A DNA stretch of 64,000 nt, taken from IMG/VR virus record IMGVR_UViG_3300037467_000752; one strand, 5' to 3'. This DNA comes from a virus. Taxonomy: Duplodnaviria > Heunggongvirae > Uroviricota > Caudoviricetes. Each line of letters begins with the position of its first letter. Within the stretch, counting starts at the first letter, position 1. Below the pieces are notes generated by a model. It searched no databases. It was not told the origin of the DNA and saw nothing but the letters and a program-made list of their open reading frames with translations. The translations under genes and the position numbers were made by a program. This document shows positions 46,164 through 55,488 of the stretch, piece by piece.

Positions 46164-46189
46164 TTTCTTTCCTTGTTTGCTTGTGACGC

Positions 46190-46765
46190 TTACTTAGCGT
46201 CGGTTCCTTTGTACTTTTCACGCAGGAGTTTCATTTCCTTCGATTCGGTACGGGCAGGGTTCGTGGCATCGACTTGACCGTCAACACCGACTTCCGTGAA
46301 AAGAGCAGAGGTTGCCTCAGCAGCAGCCTTACCCGTGAGAGCCGAAGCCACAGCTTGGAAAGCTGCGTCGTCAAGACCCTCAGTGGCAGCGAGGAACGAT
46401 TCAGCTTTCGCATCACCGATCACGTCCACCACAGCCGCTTTGCGAGCGGTCATTTTGCGTGCGTGGGCTTCTGCTTCCGCAGCGGCCTTTGCAGCATTCG
46501 TAGCATCAACGGCAGCTTGTGCAGTTGCGAGTTGTTCATTCGCAGCCGTGAGCTTGGCGTTGGTTTCGTCCAGCAGTTCGGTCGCGGCCTTCAGGTCAGC
46601 AGCGAGCGAGTCGTGCGCGGCCTTAAGCGTACCGAAATCGGACAGGAGTTGTTTAAATTCTTCGGTATCAGTGACGCTCACAGCGAGCGACACAGCATCC
46701 GAAGCGTCTGCTTGCGGGGCCGCGTCTTGAGTGACTCCCAGCTTCTTTTTCAGTGCATCCAGCAT
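46190..46765 (-). CDS. Scaffold protein
   Basis: Ala/Glu/Lys-rich coiled-coil protein between the protease and the decoration and capsid genes. Confidence 0.55.
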   Translation of the reverse strand: MLDALKKKLGVTQDAAPQADASDAVSLAVSVTDTEEFKQLLSDFGTLKAAHDSLAADLKAATELLDETNAKLTAANEQLATAQAAVDATNAAKAAAEAEAHARKMTARKAAVVDVIGDAKAESFLAATEGLDDAAFQAVASALTGKAAAEATSALFTEVGVDGQVDATNPARTESKEMKLLREKYKGTDAK

Positions 46766-47611
46766 TTACAGTCCTTGTGTCTGAGTTGCGATGTAGTCGA
46801 TAAACTCTGCACGAGTCATCACCTTGTTAACCAGACCCAGCTTCAAGGCTTCTTCCGCCATGAACATCTTTGCCTGTGTGCCGCGCACGTCTTCTTCAGA
46901 CATGCCCGTGTTTTTGGACACGTGAGCGACAAATTGCGCGTACATCGCATCCACCTTTGCCTGCAATCCGGCAAGGAAGTCAGGCTTCCACTCACCGTCT
47001 GCATCGAAGGGAATCTTCGACTCGCCTGCCGAAATGAAGGTACGTGTGTAGCCATTCATTTCCAGCGCCTTGCTGTTGTTCACGAGAGCGATCAGCACAC
47101 CGATGGAGCCCGTTTCCGCCGCAGGGTTGGAGATAACTTCGTCAGCCGCACATGCTAGAGCGTAGCAGGCAGAGGCCGTGACACCATCGTTGTAGGCGAT
47201 CCAACGAACGCCAGCTTCGTCGCACATCTTACGAAGTTCGTCGGCTGTTTCAAAGGCACCGTAGCCCTCGCCACCACCACTGTCACAGTCCATGACGATA
47301 AGCTTCACGCCCATGTCAATCAGTTCGCTCGCGTCAGCCAGAAGTTGTTCGTAGCTCGTACCAACTGCACCGCACATGCCCATGACAGGCTTGTAGGTAA
47401 GGGCTCCGTGCACGTTCAGCAGGCCGACCTTGCCGGTAGCTTGCGGCTTCGGGGTGACATACTCAACACCCTCTTCGTCGCCCATGAGGATGATCCCCAT
47501 GTTGCGGCTGTCAAGGTAGTGCGAGATTGCAGCGAAGCCTGCATCGCTAATCAGGTGCGGACGGGAGTAGATAGACTCCGTGAGCCGCAGTAGTTTGTTC
47601 TTGTTGCTCAT
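46766..47611 (-). CDS. Prohead maturation protease (S49/ClpP family)
   Basis: Motifs LIVMDCDSGGGEGYGA and TASACYALACAADEV match the SppA/ClpP-type serine protease core. Confidence 0.6.
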   Translation of the reverse strand: MSNKNKLLRLTESIYSRPHLISDAGFAAISHYLDSRNMGIILMGDEEGVEYVTPKPQATGKVGLLNVHGALTYKPVMGMCGAVGTSYEQLLADASELIDMGVKLIVMDCDSGGGEGYGAFETADELRKMCDEAGVRWIAYNDGVTASACYALACAADEVISNPAAETGSIGVLIALVNNSKALEMNGYTRTFISAGESKIPFDADGEWKPDFLAGLQAKVDAMYAQFVAHVSKNTGMSEEDVRGTQAKMFMAEEALKLGLVNKVMTRAEFIDYIATQTQGL

Positions 47612-47625
47612 TTTTCGGTCCTTCC

Positions 47626-49122
47626 CTAAGCAGCGTTCTCGTTGTTTCCAGCGGAGCTATCCTTACCGGAACCCTTACCGCCGATCTTGGCCGTACCGTT
47701 TCCAGAGCGGCCAACTTCCATGCCCTTTCCGCTATTCGAGGAAGCGCCCGTAAGCTTTTCCTTGTCAACGGGAGCGTCATCAGGCAGCGGCTCGATACCA
47801 GCCACTTCACGAATCTTGTTCAGCCAAGGCCGATCAATTTCAACCAGACCCACGGAGGCAACGCGCTGCACCAGCTTGGAAAATTCTTCCATGCTGACTT
47901 CTTCGATATCTCCAGCCTTGAACTTCGGCAGTTCTTCGTCTGTCCAGCCGTTAAGGGCGAACAGTTGCGGAACCAAGTCCGTATTCAACACTTCGGCAAT
48001 CTCCCCGAGTCGGTGACTCAGGGCAAGCGTCAACATGTTGGTTTTGCTATCCGCAAGACTGAAGGAACCCCCCTCGTCTTGTCCCATGGCGATGACATCA
48101 ACGCACAGGGCTTGCAGAATCTCCATCCGATAGCGTTGGATAACCGCGTCTAGGTTTACGCCCGAACCCTTACGCTCAAGCAGAGACACTTTGAACAGTT
48201 CAAGCTTACTCTCGGGGTCTGCCATCTTAGGGAAGACCAGACCACGTTGCTCACCATTAGCGAGGTTATCAACGATACGCTTGCACATGTCATACACAGC
48301 CTTATCTTCCGGGGAAGCGTTCGGGTCCATGTACTTAGGCGGAATCTCGATTAACGGGATGCCCGCGAGGTCTTTAGCGATGCTAAGCAGTTCTTGGTCC
48401 TGCAGCAGTTCCAGTCGCTTGTAAGCGAGATAGATCGGCTTCAGGAGGCTTCGCCCTTGCGGATTGCCCTTTGTCGCGTCAGCCGTGAAAAGCAAAAACT
48501 TCACACGGGGAATTTCAATCACGCCGTTTTCGTTCGTGACAAGATTCTTGTATCGGAACGAATTTTCAAGATTGACTGTTGACTGTCCAATTGCCATCAG
48601 ATCACGGCCATCGTCAGAGAAAATCCAGTCCTTGATTGTGTCTTGGCCCCGTGGTGCGAGCTTGCGCAAACCCACCAGACCATCGTTATATTTGCTACCA
48701 TTGTTGCGCAGGCGACGACGGAACACCTTTTCCTGCACCGAATGCCCGTACTCCAGATACGTTAGCACTTCACTGATAAACGAACCCCAGCTACCTTCCA
48801 TATCATGCATACATTGCTGCACGAATTTGGCGCGGGCTTTTTGATCATCCGTGGCGTTCTCGGGAGGTTCCACAGTCCACTTCACACGGGAAATCAACAT
48901 CCGGTAGACATTGAATGCGGCGGCAACCGTAGGGTTAGCCCGCATTTCCGAGACTGTCTTTAGGAAGGCCGGGAATTGGAAAACGCGGTTGGCTTCTTCT
49001 AAGATTTGTTTATTTGTAACTCTGAGCCCGGAGAAGCCTTGCTCGCTGAAGCGCACGCGGGGCAGGGAGGCGTCGGAGTCGGCTGAAAGACCAGCCGAAT
49101 TGTCTGTGCTGTCTTCAGCCAT
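47626..49122 (-). CDS. Portal protein
   Basis: 498 aa located between the terminase and the protease. Gly/Ser-rich C-terminal tail. Confidence 0.7.
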   Translation of the reverse strand: MAEDSTDNSAGLSADSDASLPRVRFSEQGFSGLRVTNKQILEEANRVFQFPAFLKTVSEMRANPTVAAAFNVYRMLISRVKWTVEPPENATDDQKARAKFVQQCMHDMEGSWGSFISEVLTYLEYGHSVQEKVFRRRLRNNGSKYNDGLVGLRKLAPRGQDTIKDWIFSDDGRDLMAIGQSTVNLENSFRYKNLVTNENGVIEIPRVKFLLFTADATKGNPQGRSLLKPIYLAYKRLELLQDQELLSIAKDLAGIPLIEIPPKYMDPNASPEDKAVYDMCKRIVDNLANGEQRGLVFPKMADPESKLELFKVSLLERKGSGVNLDAVIQRYRMEILQALCVDVIAMGQDEGGSFSLADSKTNMLTLALSHRLGEIAEVLNTDLVPQLFALNGWTDEELPKFKAGDIEEVSMEEFSKLVQRVASVGLVEIDRPWLNKIREVAGIEPLPDDAPVDKEKLTGASSNSGKGMEVGRSGNGTAKIGGKGSGKDSSAGNNENAA

Positions 49123-49218
49123 CTTTCGCTCCTATTTTCTTAATACGCGGATTGTAGCATAAAAACAACTAACTGTCAAGGGTTTTTAACTACTTTCTTG
49201 ACAATTTTTGAATATTTG

Positions 49219-50655
49219 CTATTTAGAGAGCCTTGGAAGCGGACTTGCTTGGCTCATATCAGGGATACGGAACGTAGGAAGCACCACTTGCTTGCAAAGC
49301 TGGTTGAACGCATCGGACGTGGCGTCCACCATGTCATCGTGTTGATTTCGCTCGCCAGTGAAGGTTTCCAGTTCGGTAAAGTATTCATCGTTCCACTCTC
49401 CACGGACACAACGCACAAGACCGGCCTCGCACATAGCAGCGAAAGGCAGGAAGCGTTGTACCTTGCCAGAGTGCCCTGACATCGTGACGGAGCGTACAAT
49501 AAAGCCACGCTCTGCCAAATATCTTACGAAGAAGGTATTAGCTGCCTTGCCACCAGCACCTGCATCCCGAGGAATGGTCAGCGGCACGTCCATGCCGTCT
49601 TCCGTGCCTGTTGCAGCAATATCCGTCAGCACGCCGTCCGTCAATTTGCGGAAGCGTTTTACATGCTCGATGTAGTAGATGCCGTTTTTATCGCGAGATA
49701 AGAGGACGCCCGCCGTGTAGTCAGGATCGGGATTCACTTCTGATGGCACGGATGCCGCCAAGTCCCATGACCGTACACGTGTAGCATCCACCGGGGGCGC
49801 ACCGACGATTGGCACCCAAGCACGTTGAAAGTAGCTGGAGCCTTCCACCACAGCAGTCCACGAGCCGTGCAGGAATCTAAGTTGGGCCACGCGAGTTTGC
49901 GCAAGCAGGTTGGCGAGATAACTTGGGTTGTTTTTCAGCAGGACGGGGTTGTCATAAACCGTCATAGGGATAAAACGGAAAGACATCGGAATGAAGTCTT
50001 TTCCTAATTTGTATCCTGCTCCATGCTCTGCGTACAATGCCTCTGGTGACTCCCCCCACTTCACCTTACCCGTCAGAATAACGAACCAGCGCGTGATGTT
50101 TTCTGTGCCAGACACCGGAACGCCAGTAGTCTTATCGAGACACCACTCAACCCACGAATACAGCCACGATTGGCGGCTGGGGTTGCACGTAATGGTGACA
50201 CTGAGTTTGCCCTTGTAGCGTGCACCGCGAAGACGACCAATCAAGGCAAGGATGTCTTCCATCTGAAATTCAGCGCCTTCGTCCACGATGATGTTCGTAG
50301 CCTGCCAGCCTTGCACGTCTTTGCGATCAGCGGGCATAGCTACGAATTTAATAACAGCGCCGTTCGGAAACACCCATTCCAATGGTTGGACTCTCCATTC
50401 AGCCCCAAAATGCGGGTAAATATGCTTAGCCTCATCCACCAGCCCGCCAATAGCCTTAATCAGCGGGTAGGTAAGACGGACAATAAGAACTTTAGCGTTA
50501 GGGTCTTGGCAATATTTAAGCGCCTTCAATAGCGCCATGTAAGACTTCCCTCCCCCCGCTCCACCGCCTACTAACAACACATCTGTTTCATCGTCCGTAA
50601 GGACTAGACGCTGCTTTTCGCTACAGGGCCGGGTGTCGAATTGTTCTTCGGACAT
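49219..50655 (-). CDS. Terminase large subunit
   Basis: Walker A LLVGGGAGGGKS near the N-terminus. Nuclease-domain acidic residues. RBS AGGAGGG lies 4 nt upstream of ATG 50655, giving a start inside the longer ORF call. Confidence 0.85.
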   Translation of the reverse strand: MSEEQFDTRPCSEKQRLVLTDDETDVLLVGGGAGGGKSYMALLKALKYCQDPNAKVLIVRLTYPLIKAIGGLVDEAKHIYPHFGAEWRVQPLEWVFPNGAVIKFVAMPADRKDVQGWQATNIIVDEGAEFQMEDILALIGRLRGARYKGKLSVTITCNPSRQSWLYSWVEWCLDKTTGVPVSGTENITRWFVILTGKVKWGESPEALYAEHGAGYKLGKDFIPMSFRFIPMTVYDNPVLLKNNPSYLANLLAQTRVAQLRFLHGSWTAVVEGSSYFQRAWVPIVGAPPVDATRVRSWDLAASVPSEVNPDPDYTAGVLLSRDKNGIYYIEHVKRFRKLTDGVLTDIAATGTEDGMDVPLTIPRDAGAGGKAANTFFVRYLAERGFIVRSVTMSGHSGKVQRFLPFAAMCEAGLVRCVRGEWNDEYFTELETFTGERNQHDDMVDATSDAFNQLCKQVVLPTFRIPDMSQASPLPRLSK

Positions 50656-51333
50656 GTTGCCCTCCTGTTTTGTTTCTTCCAACGACAAAAGCCCAAGCCT
50701 CCACTGAAGGCTTAGGCATTGAGCTTTTGCGACCCCGTGCCACGCTACAAACATGCTCCGGGGTGTTGGCTGGTCATTGCTACCAGCCCTCTCCACAATT
50801 AGTCCCCGCTGTTGTTTCTGCACGCATACGGGCCGCGTGTGCCGTTTGTTTAGACAGGACGCGCTCCTGTTCTTCCCATCCCACGAGAATCGAATTAGTG
50901 CTGGGTTATCGCCAGCGAGAATTCCCTACAGCCTAGCGTCCTAGACCTTCACACGTAAATCCGTGATGTCGCACTCCCCACAGTGGAGAGCCCTGTCATT
51001 TCAGACCGAGACAGGTTTGACGGGATACTCTTTATGTTCGTCCCGCTTACCATCCATGCGGGTCTGCTGTTTCGTCGCAGAGGTATTTTCTCGCTTCACA
51101 GCGGTACTCGTTTTTAACGTCCCCAAGGTAGGTGATAGTTTTCGCCCACAGCCAAATGTGTAAGGGCTGTGTCGCGGGCTATGCCCTAGAAGCGAAAATT
51201 GCTTGTGGTTTGTCGTAGCCCCTGAAAGGAGGAAAGGCAGGGCAGGCATGGTTCACCCACGCTTCTCAATGCATACGCATGTACCTGAAGCCCTACGAGG
51301 TTGATCGCTGTAGGCGACATCAGGCCGACTCAC
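50656..51333 (-). other. 678-nt ORF-free region where a small terminase and cos/pac site would be expected
   Basis: All three minus-strand frames are broken by stops; the only ORF is 82 aa of low complexity. Carries repeated GCGTATGC and ACTAATT motifs. Confidence 0.4.
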
Positions 51334-51720
51334 TCAGTAGCTCTTACCGTCTGCGTATCGTTGACGGCGAGAGTGTCTTCCGTTCCCCTTGTTCTTCGCT
51401 TTGTATGTTGGCGTTTGACTGTGGCAGTTTGGACACAAGCAAAGGTTGGAAGGCTGATTGTTGGACGAGTTACCGTCCTTGTGTTCTAATTCCAATGTCA
51501 GTGGTTTTTCGCACCACTCTGACAAGCCGCAGCACGAACACTTGTAGCCGTCACGCCGGATAACTGCCTTCTTGGCAGAACGCGGGTCTGTAAGCGTTGT
51601 CTCACCAGCTAAGAACTTCTCATACTTCTTGCGAAAAGAGAACTCGTGCTGACACGATATGCTGCAATAGCTGTTTCTCGATAGCGACGTTGGTTCGCCG
51701 CAAGTACGGCAACCCGACAT
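51334..51720 (-). CDS. HNH endonuclease (terminase-associated type)
   Basis: Motif CSCCG...LELEHKDGNSSNNQPSNLCLCPNCH. Located one gene upstream of the large terminase, as in HK97 gp74-type packaging HNH proteins. Confidence 0.75.
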   Translation of the reverse strand: MSGCRTCGEPTSLSRNSYCSISCQHEFSFRKKYEKFLAGETTLTDPRSAKKAVIRRDGYKCSCCGLSEWCEKPLTLELEHKDGNSSNNQPSNLCLCPNCHSQTPTYKAKNKGNGRHSRRQRYADGKSY

Positions 51721-51735
51721 CTACTTTCTTTCTTT

Positions 51736-51811
51736 TGGTGCCGCAGAAAGGAATCGAACCCTTGACCCACTGATTACAAATCAGTTGCTCTGCCAACTGA
51801 GCTACTACGGC
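51736..51811 (-). tRNA. tRNA-Thr (anticodon UGU)
   Basis: Manual fold: acceptor GCCGUAG, D-arm GCUCAGUUGGCAGAGC, anticodon arm ACUGA-UUUGUAA-UCAGU, T-arm GGGUUCGAUUCC. CCA encoded. Confidence 0.8.
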
Positions 51812-51812
51812 G

Positions 51813-51887
51813 TGGCTCCCCAGCATGGTATCGAACCACGGACCTAGCGGTTAACATCCGCTCGCTCTGCCTCTGAGCTACTAGGGA
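51813..51887 (-). tRNA. tRNA-Asn (anticodon GUU)
   Basis: Manual fold: D-arm GCUC-AGAGGCA-GAGC, anticodon arm AGCGG-AUGUUAA-CCGCU, T-loop UUCGAUA. U1-A72 pair. CCA encoded. Confidence 0.7.
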
Positions 51888-51946
51888 AAATAAGGCAAGC
51901 AACCGAAGTTGCCGCGTCTGCCAGCCGGAAGCTAGCAGGGATGTTC

Positions 51947-52022
51947 TGGTACACCTACAGGGAGTCGAACCCATGATTGACCGCTCGAAAGGCGATTGTC
52001 CTAACCGTTAGACGATAGGTGC
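51947..52022 (-). tRNA. tRNA-Glu (anticodon UUC); weak T-stem
   Basis: Manual fold: acceptor GCACCUA/UAGGUGU, anticodon loop CUUUCGA, T-loop UUCGACU with only 3 T-stem pairs. Confidence 0.5.
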
Positions 52023-52285
52023 ATGACAAGGTGTTTACGTGCCCTCGATACTCACGACACGAAGCTATTTTCCCTGACGGACTTACGTGTGTACTAGCGC
52101 CTTGGCAAACGGGGTGGGATTCAAACTCACAACGCACGGATTTGGAGCCCGGCCCTTTATCAGTTAAGTGTACCCGCCTGTATTCTTGGCCCCTGTGACG
52201 CGGGGCCGTGCGACCTGTTTATGACTCTTGGTAGCAGGCTACCGCAGGGCTGTTAGATTTAAGCCCATAGCTTCCGCTTAGATTC

Positions 52286-52362
52286 TGGTCCGTCTAGCAC
52301 GATTCGAACATGCGACCCTCTGGCCCCTAACCAGTAGCTCTGCCGGGCTGAGCTATAGACGG
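52286..52362 (-). tRNA. tRNA with an ambiguous anticodon loop (UUAGGGG; anticodon AGG?)
   Basis: Clean acceptor (CCGUCUA/UAGACGG), D-arm GCUC...GAGC, T-arm GCAUG-UUCGAAU-CGUGC and CCA. The anticodon stem has one mismatch. Confidence 0.5.
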
Positions 52363-52366
52363 CAAA

Positions 52367-52445
52367 TGGTAGCAACGCCTTGGAGTCGAACCAAGCACCT
52401 TCGCCTTATGAGGGCGCTGCTCTAACCGCTGAGCTAGCCTGCTAT
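52367..52445 (-). tRNA. tRNA-like gene with anticodon CAU (Met or Ile2 type) and an irregular acceptor stem
   Basis: Perfect D-arm (GCUC-AGCGGUUA-GAGC), anticodon loop CUCAUAA and T-arm CUUGG-UUCGACU-CCAAG. The acceptor pairs poorly, with an extra nucleotide before CCA. Confidence 0.4.
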
Positions 52446-52635
52446 GTTTGTACGAGCCTTTCACTCGATAGGACGGCCTTGGACAAGGTGCCATCTACCT
52501 TACCGGGGCGCGACCCCAGCGTCGTTTCGCACTACGGCTCTTACGTCCGCCAAGCTCCGTGCCAGAGCGATGAATATGGGGAAGCCTCGCACTACCTCGG
52601 ACGTTCCACGCGCGGTATACGTCTAACTTAAACTC

Positions 52636-52711
52636 TGGTGGACCTGACAGGACTTGAACCTGCAACCTTCTGCATGCAAAGCAGTTGCTCTCCCATTTGA
52701 GCTACAAGCCC
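52636..52711 (-). tRNA. tRNA-Ala (anticodon UGC)
   Basis: Manual fold: acceptor GGGCUUG, D-arm GCUC-AAAUGGGA-GAGC, anticodon loop UUUGCAU, T-loop UUCAAGU. CCA encoded. Confidence 0.75.
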
Positions 52712-52765
52712 TGCGTTGTTTCCATACTTCGTATTGTACAGGTTTTACGCAGCTTGTCAACTGTT

Positions 52766-53359
52766 TTACAGCTTATCTGCCGCAATGAACAACGCATCGA
52801 GTGTTGCATCATCCAGTCCGAGTGGTCCTGCGAGCATGGCAATGAGAGGATTGCTACGCTCCACAGCCGAAGACTTCTCCCACGTAATTTGGGCCGACAT
52901 GCGTTGCGTCACGTCCGGGATAGCTGCGATAGCTGCGTCCACGGCATCCAGCTTGCCAGCCGCCAAGAGGGCGAGTTGGGCTTGCCGCATAGTGACACGC
53001 TGAGGCACACCATTCACCGTCGCGGGCACTTCGTATTTGTCTCTAAGTGCCTGAATCTCAGTCTGTGCACTGGTCAAGGCACCATTGGCAGTATTAAGGT
53101 CTGCTTGCAGTTGCGCAATCTGAGCGTCCTTGTCACTCAGGCTTGCGAGGGCTGCGAGATTGATGGCGTTGCCAATGTCCCCGAGGGCTGTAGCGTCCTG
53201 CACACTGACTCCGCGAGGGGAGAGAATGCGGCTAGAGATTTCCACGCCATCACTTTGAATTGCTTCACGTTCCGAGACATGAACGCCTTGGACGTTTGTG
53301 CCATCATCGGTTAATCGGACGAAAAACTCGTTCAGTGTTTTGGTTTGTGTCAGTGCCAT
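52766..53359 (-). CDS. Hypothetical tail-associated protein (possible fibre assembly or chaperone)
   Basis: Immediately downstream of the tail fibre gene. Ala/Leu-rich with a coiled-coil segment. Confidence 0.4.
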   Translation of the reverse strand: MALTQTKTLNEFFVRLTDDGTNVQGVHVSEREAIQSDGVEISSRILSPRGVSVQDATALGDIGNAINLAALASLSDKDAQIAQLQADLNTANGALTSAQTEIQALRDKYEVPATVNGVPQRVTMRQAQLALLAAGKLDAVDAAIAAIPDVTQRMSAQITWEKSSAVERSNPLIAMLAGPLGLDDATLDALFIAADKL

Positions 53360-53363
53360 ATGA

Positions 53364-54656
53364 TTAGCCTACTTTCCAGTTTGTCCCGTCAGAGTAGACG
53401 GGGGTTGATACGGTGCCACCACCGGACACAGTTGCGCCGAATGTTGGTGCGGATGCGTCAGAAACGTGGGAACGTGCGCCGTTACCAGCCGTGGAAGCAC
53501 TAGGTAGTGTAGCCACCGTAAAGACTTGCGGCTTCAGGTTGCGAAGTTTCAAATCCGCGAACGATCCTGCAGAACCATTGTTGACTTCAAGCACATTAGA
53601 GGCACTCCACGACAGTCCTGCGGTGAGCGTCAGCGACGTTTGTGCACCGTCCGTCCACTTGAGGCCGTGCCCTGTGCTGCCCGCTAAAATAGGCCCGGAC
53701 GTTCCAAACGCGAAGCGGTCGGAGCCGTTGACGTATACGAAAATTCGCCCAGAGTCCGACGCAGCGTTATAGCGCAAACCGGAGTTGCTGCCAAAAAATC
53801 TGAAACCCGGCGCTGATGAGCTATCATTAGCAACAAACTGTGCGGAATACAACTTGCCAGTTGTATCGTCAAAGCTGAGTGCTGCATCAGCGAAGAATGC
53901 ACCAGCCTTGTTGTACTGGACTTGCGTGGTAGCACCAGCCGGTGTGGCAGCGACAGCGATGTTACCAGCACCGAGAACGGAATTCCCATTGACGGTCTTA
54001 ATGTTCGTTCCAGACACCAGCGTATCTTGCTTGGCATTCAATGCGGCTTGTTGAGCCGTCGAAACTGGCTTGCTGGCATCACTGGTGTTATCAACGTTTC
54101 CAAGGCCCACATCAACCTTGCCGAGCGTCACTGCGCCAGTCTTCCCAGCTACGGATTGCACGGGAGCCGCAGAAGCAGCCTCGGACGCTGTTGTGTACTG
54201 CGGGTGTGGGTCAAGGGCTGCTTCATGAGCAGCTACGGCGGCTGTAGCTGCTCCCACTGCATCTTTGCCATCGAGGGCAGCCTGCTGAGCTGTGGAAATG
54301 GGCTTCTCTGCGTCACTCGTGTTGTCTACACTACCAAGCCCCACACTGGCCTTGGTGAGCCCCGCAACAGCGGCAGCGGCTGTCCCTGCAGCTTCCTTTC
54401 CATCGAGTTCGGCTTGTAACCCAGTAACGTCCGCAATCTGGTGCGTGTGGGCGCTAGGAGGAAACGTAGCGGGCTTACCCTGCAACGTGTCCCACGTGGC
54501 ACCCCCGAGAGAATCCAGCCATTCTTGCTCAGTGCCCACAAAACCATTATCGACAGCAACGTCATATGCACTCTTGGCAACGCCCTGCGGGCCGGGGCTA
54601 GCCACTTCAATGACCGCAGGTTGAACTTCCCGCACCACGAGTGTAGTATCAGTCAT
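53364..54656 (-). CDS. Tail fibre protein
   Basis: Duplicated segment VGLG(S/N)VDNTSDA(E/S)KP(I/V)STAQQAAL(D/N), of phage tail-fibre repeat type. Gly/Thr/Ser-rich C-terminal receptor-binding-like domain ending GTNWKVG. Confidence 0.65.
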   Translation of the reverse strand: MTDTTLVVREVQPAVIEVASPGPQGVAKSAYDVAVDNGFVGTEQEWLDSLGGATWDTLQGKPATFPPSAHTHQIADVTGLQAELDGKEAAGTAAAAVAGLTKASVGLGSVDNTSDAEKPISTAQQAALDGKDAVGAATAAVAAHEAALDPHPQYTTASEAASAAPVQSVAGKTGAVTLGKVDVGLGNVDNTSDASKPVSTAQQAALNAKQDTLVSGTNIKTVNGNSVLGAGNIAVAATPAGATTQVQYNKAGAFFADAALSFDDTTGKLYSAQFVANDSSSAPGFRFFGSNSGLRYNAASDSGRIFVYVNGSDRFAFGTSGPILAGSTGHGLKWTDGAQTSLTLTAGLSWSASNVLEVNNGSAGSFADLKLRNLKPQVFTVATLPSASTAGNGARSHVSDASAPTFGATVSGGGTVSTPVYSDGTNWKVG

Positions 54657-55003
54657 CGCGTCACTTCCTTCGTTACTAACACGCTTCCGGCGATGAGACG
54701 AACAACATCCCCACCTGACATCACGATTTCAAGATCATACACCCCGTACTCCCAAGTAAACCCACTGGTTGTCACGTCGTCTAAGACAAGAGAAATGGTG
54801 CCATCAGCACCGCCAAGGGTGATGCTGCCATCTTCAGTCGTAAGGGAAGCCAGCACCGTGTTGGAGCTAGCCGTGCTTCTGACTTGCATTCTGGCTGCGC
54901 AACCTGTCAAGTCTACCGGGCTTAGCGGGTTTCCCGCCTTCCAAACCAAAGACTGCCGGAATGTCTCTCCTTGGTTGATTGTGATGTTGACGGCTGCTAC
55001 CAT
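54653..55003 (-). CDS. Hypothetical structural protein (Ig-like)
   Basis: Beta-rich 116-aa protein upstream of the tail fibre gene. ATGA overlap. Confidence 0.4.
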   Translation of the reverse strand: MVAAVNITINQGETFRQSLVWKAGNPLSPVDLTGCAARMQVRSTASSNTVLASLTTEDGSITLGGADGTISLVLDDVTTSGFTWEYGVYDLEIVMSGGDVVRLIAGSVLVTKEVTR

Positions 55004-55022
55004 CTTTCTTCCTTTTGTCTTT

Positions 55023-55400
55023 TTAGACTTGACGCACGTTGTCGAAGTCCAGCTTCGGCCCCGGCAAGGTGTTCGTGGGCTTGCCGCCTTCGCCTAAGGG
55101 GATGGGTTGACCCTTTGCCCCACCCAGCTTCGCTTGGGCTATCAGCCGTGCCATGTTGTCATCGTTGATTTGCTTGTTTGCAGCCAGCACAAAGGTCAGA
55201 ATTCTCTCTGCCGCTTGCTGACGCCGCAGGCTATCCGCCTTCTCGTCTTCTAGCACGGAAGTCAGGAAGTCAACTGCCTTCTTCGATGCCTTGTCCAATG
55301 CCTTTGCCAGCTTTGTCAGTTCATGCTCGTCCTTCAGGAACGTAATCACGGCTGTGGTAGTGCTGTCTGCGTTCGGCACGGTAACTTCTGTTTGACTCAC
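55023..55400 (-). CDS. Hypothetical protein; first gene of the minus-strand late operon
   Basis: RBS AAGGAGG lies 5 nt upstream of the GTG at 55400, inside the longer ORF call. Confidence 0.4.
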   Translation of the reverse strand: MSQTEVTVPNADSTTTAVITFLKDEHELTKLAKALDKASKKAVDFLTSVLEDEKADSLRRQQAAERILTFVLAANKQINDDNMARLIAQAKLGGAKGQPIPLGEGGKPTNTLPGPKLDFDNVRQV

Positions 55401-55433
55401 TCTAACCTCCTTACTTGCACAGTTAAAGTCTCT

Positions 55434-55461
55434 AGTGTAGCACATAAACAACAGTTGTCAA
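55434..55461 (-). promoter_or_regulatory. Leftward promoter for the structural operon: TTGACA, 16-nt spacer, TACACT on the minus strand
   Basis: Hexamers read on the minus strand, about 35 nt upstream of the GTG start. Confidence 0.45.
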
Positions 55462-55488
55462 GCGGTAAGCTTGATTCCTAGGTTGTTT

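Noticed and set aside
51181-51260. GGAGGAAAGGCAGGGCAGG segment resembling the RNase P RNA P4 region (GGAGGAAAGUCCGGGCUCC)
   Set aside because: The similarity stops after about 9 nt. No matching CR-V (ACAGAACCCGGCUUA) element or P4 pairing partner is present, and the match is on the wrong strand relative to the flanking operon.
52023-52285. tmRNA, or a further tRNA, in the spacer carrying a T-arm and CCA-like 3' end at 52094-52120
   Set aside because: No tag-peptide reading frame or 5' acceptor partner is present. D and anticodon arms could not be built. It is left as an unexplained spacer and not annotated.
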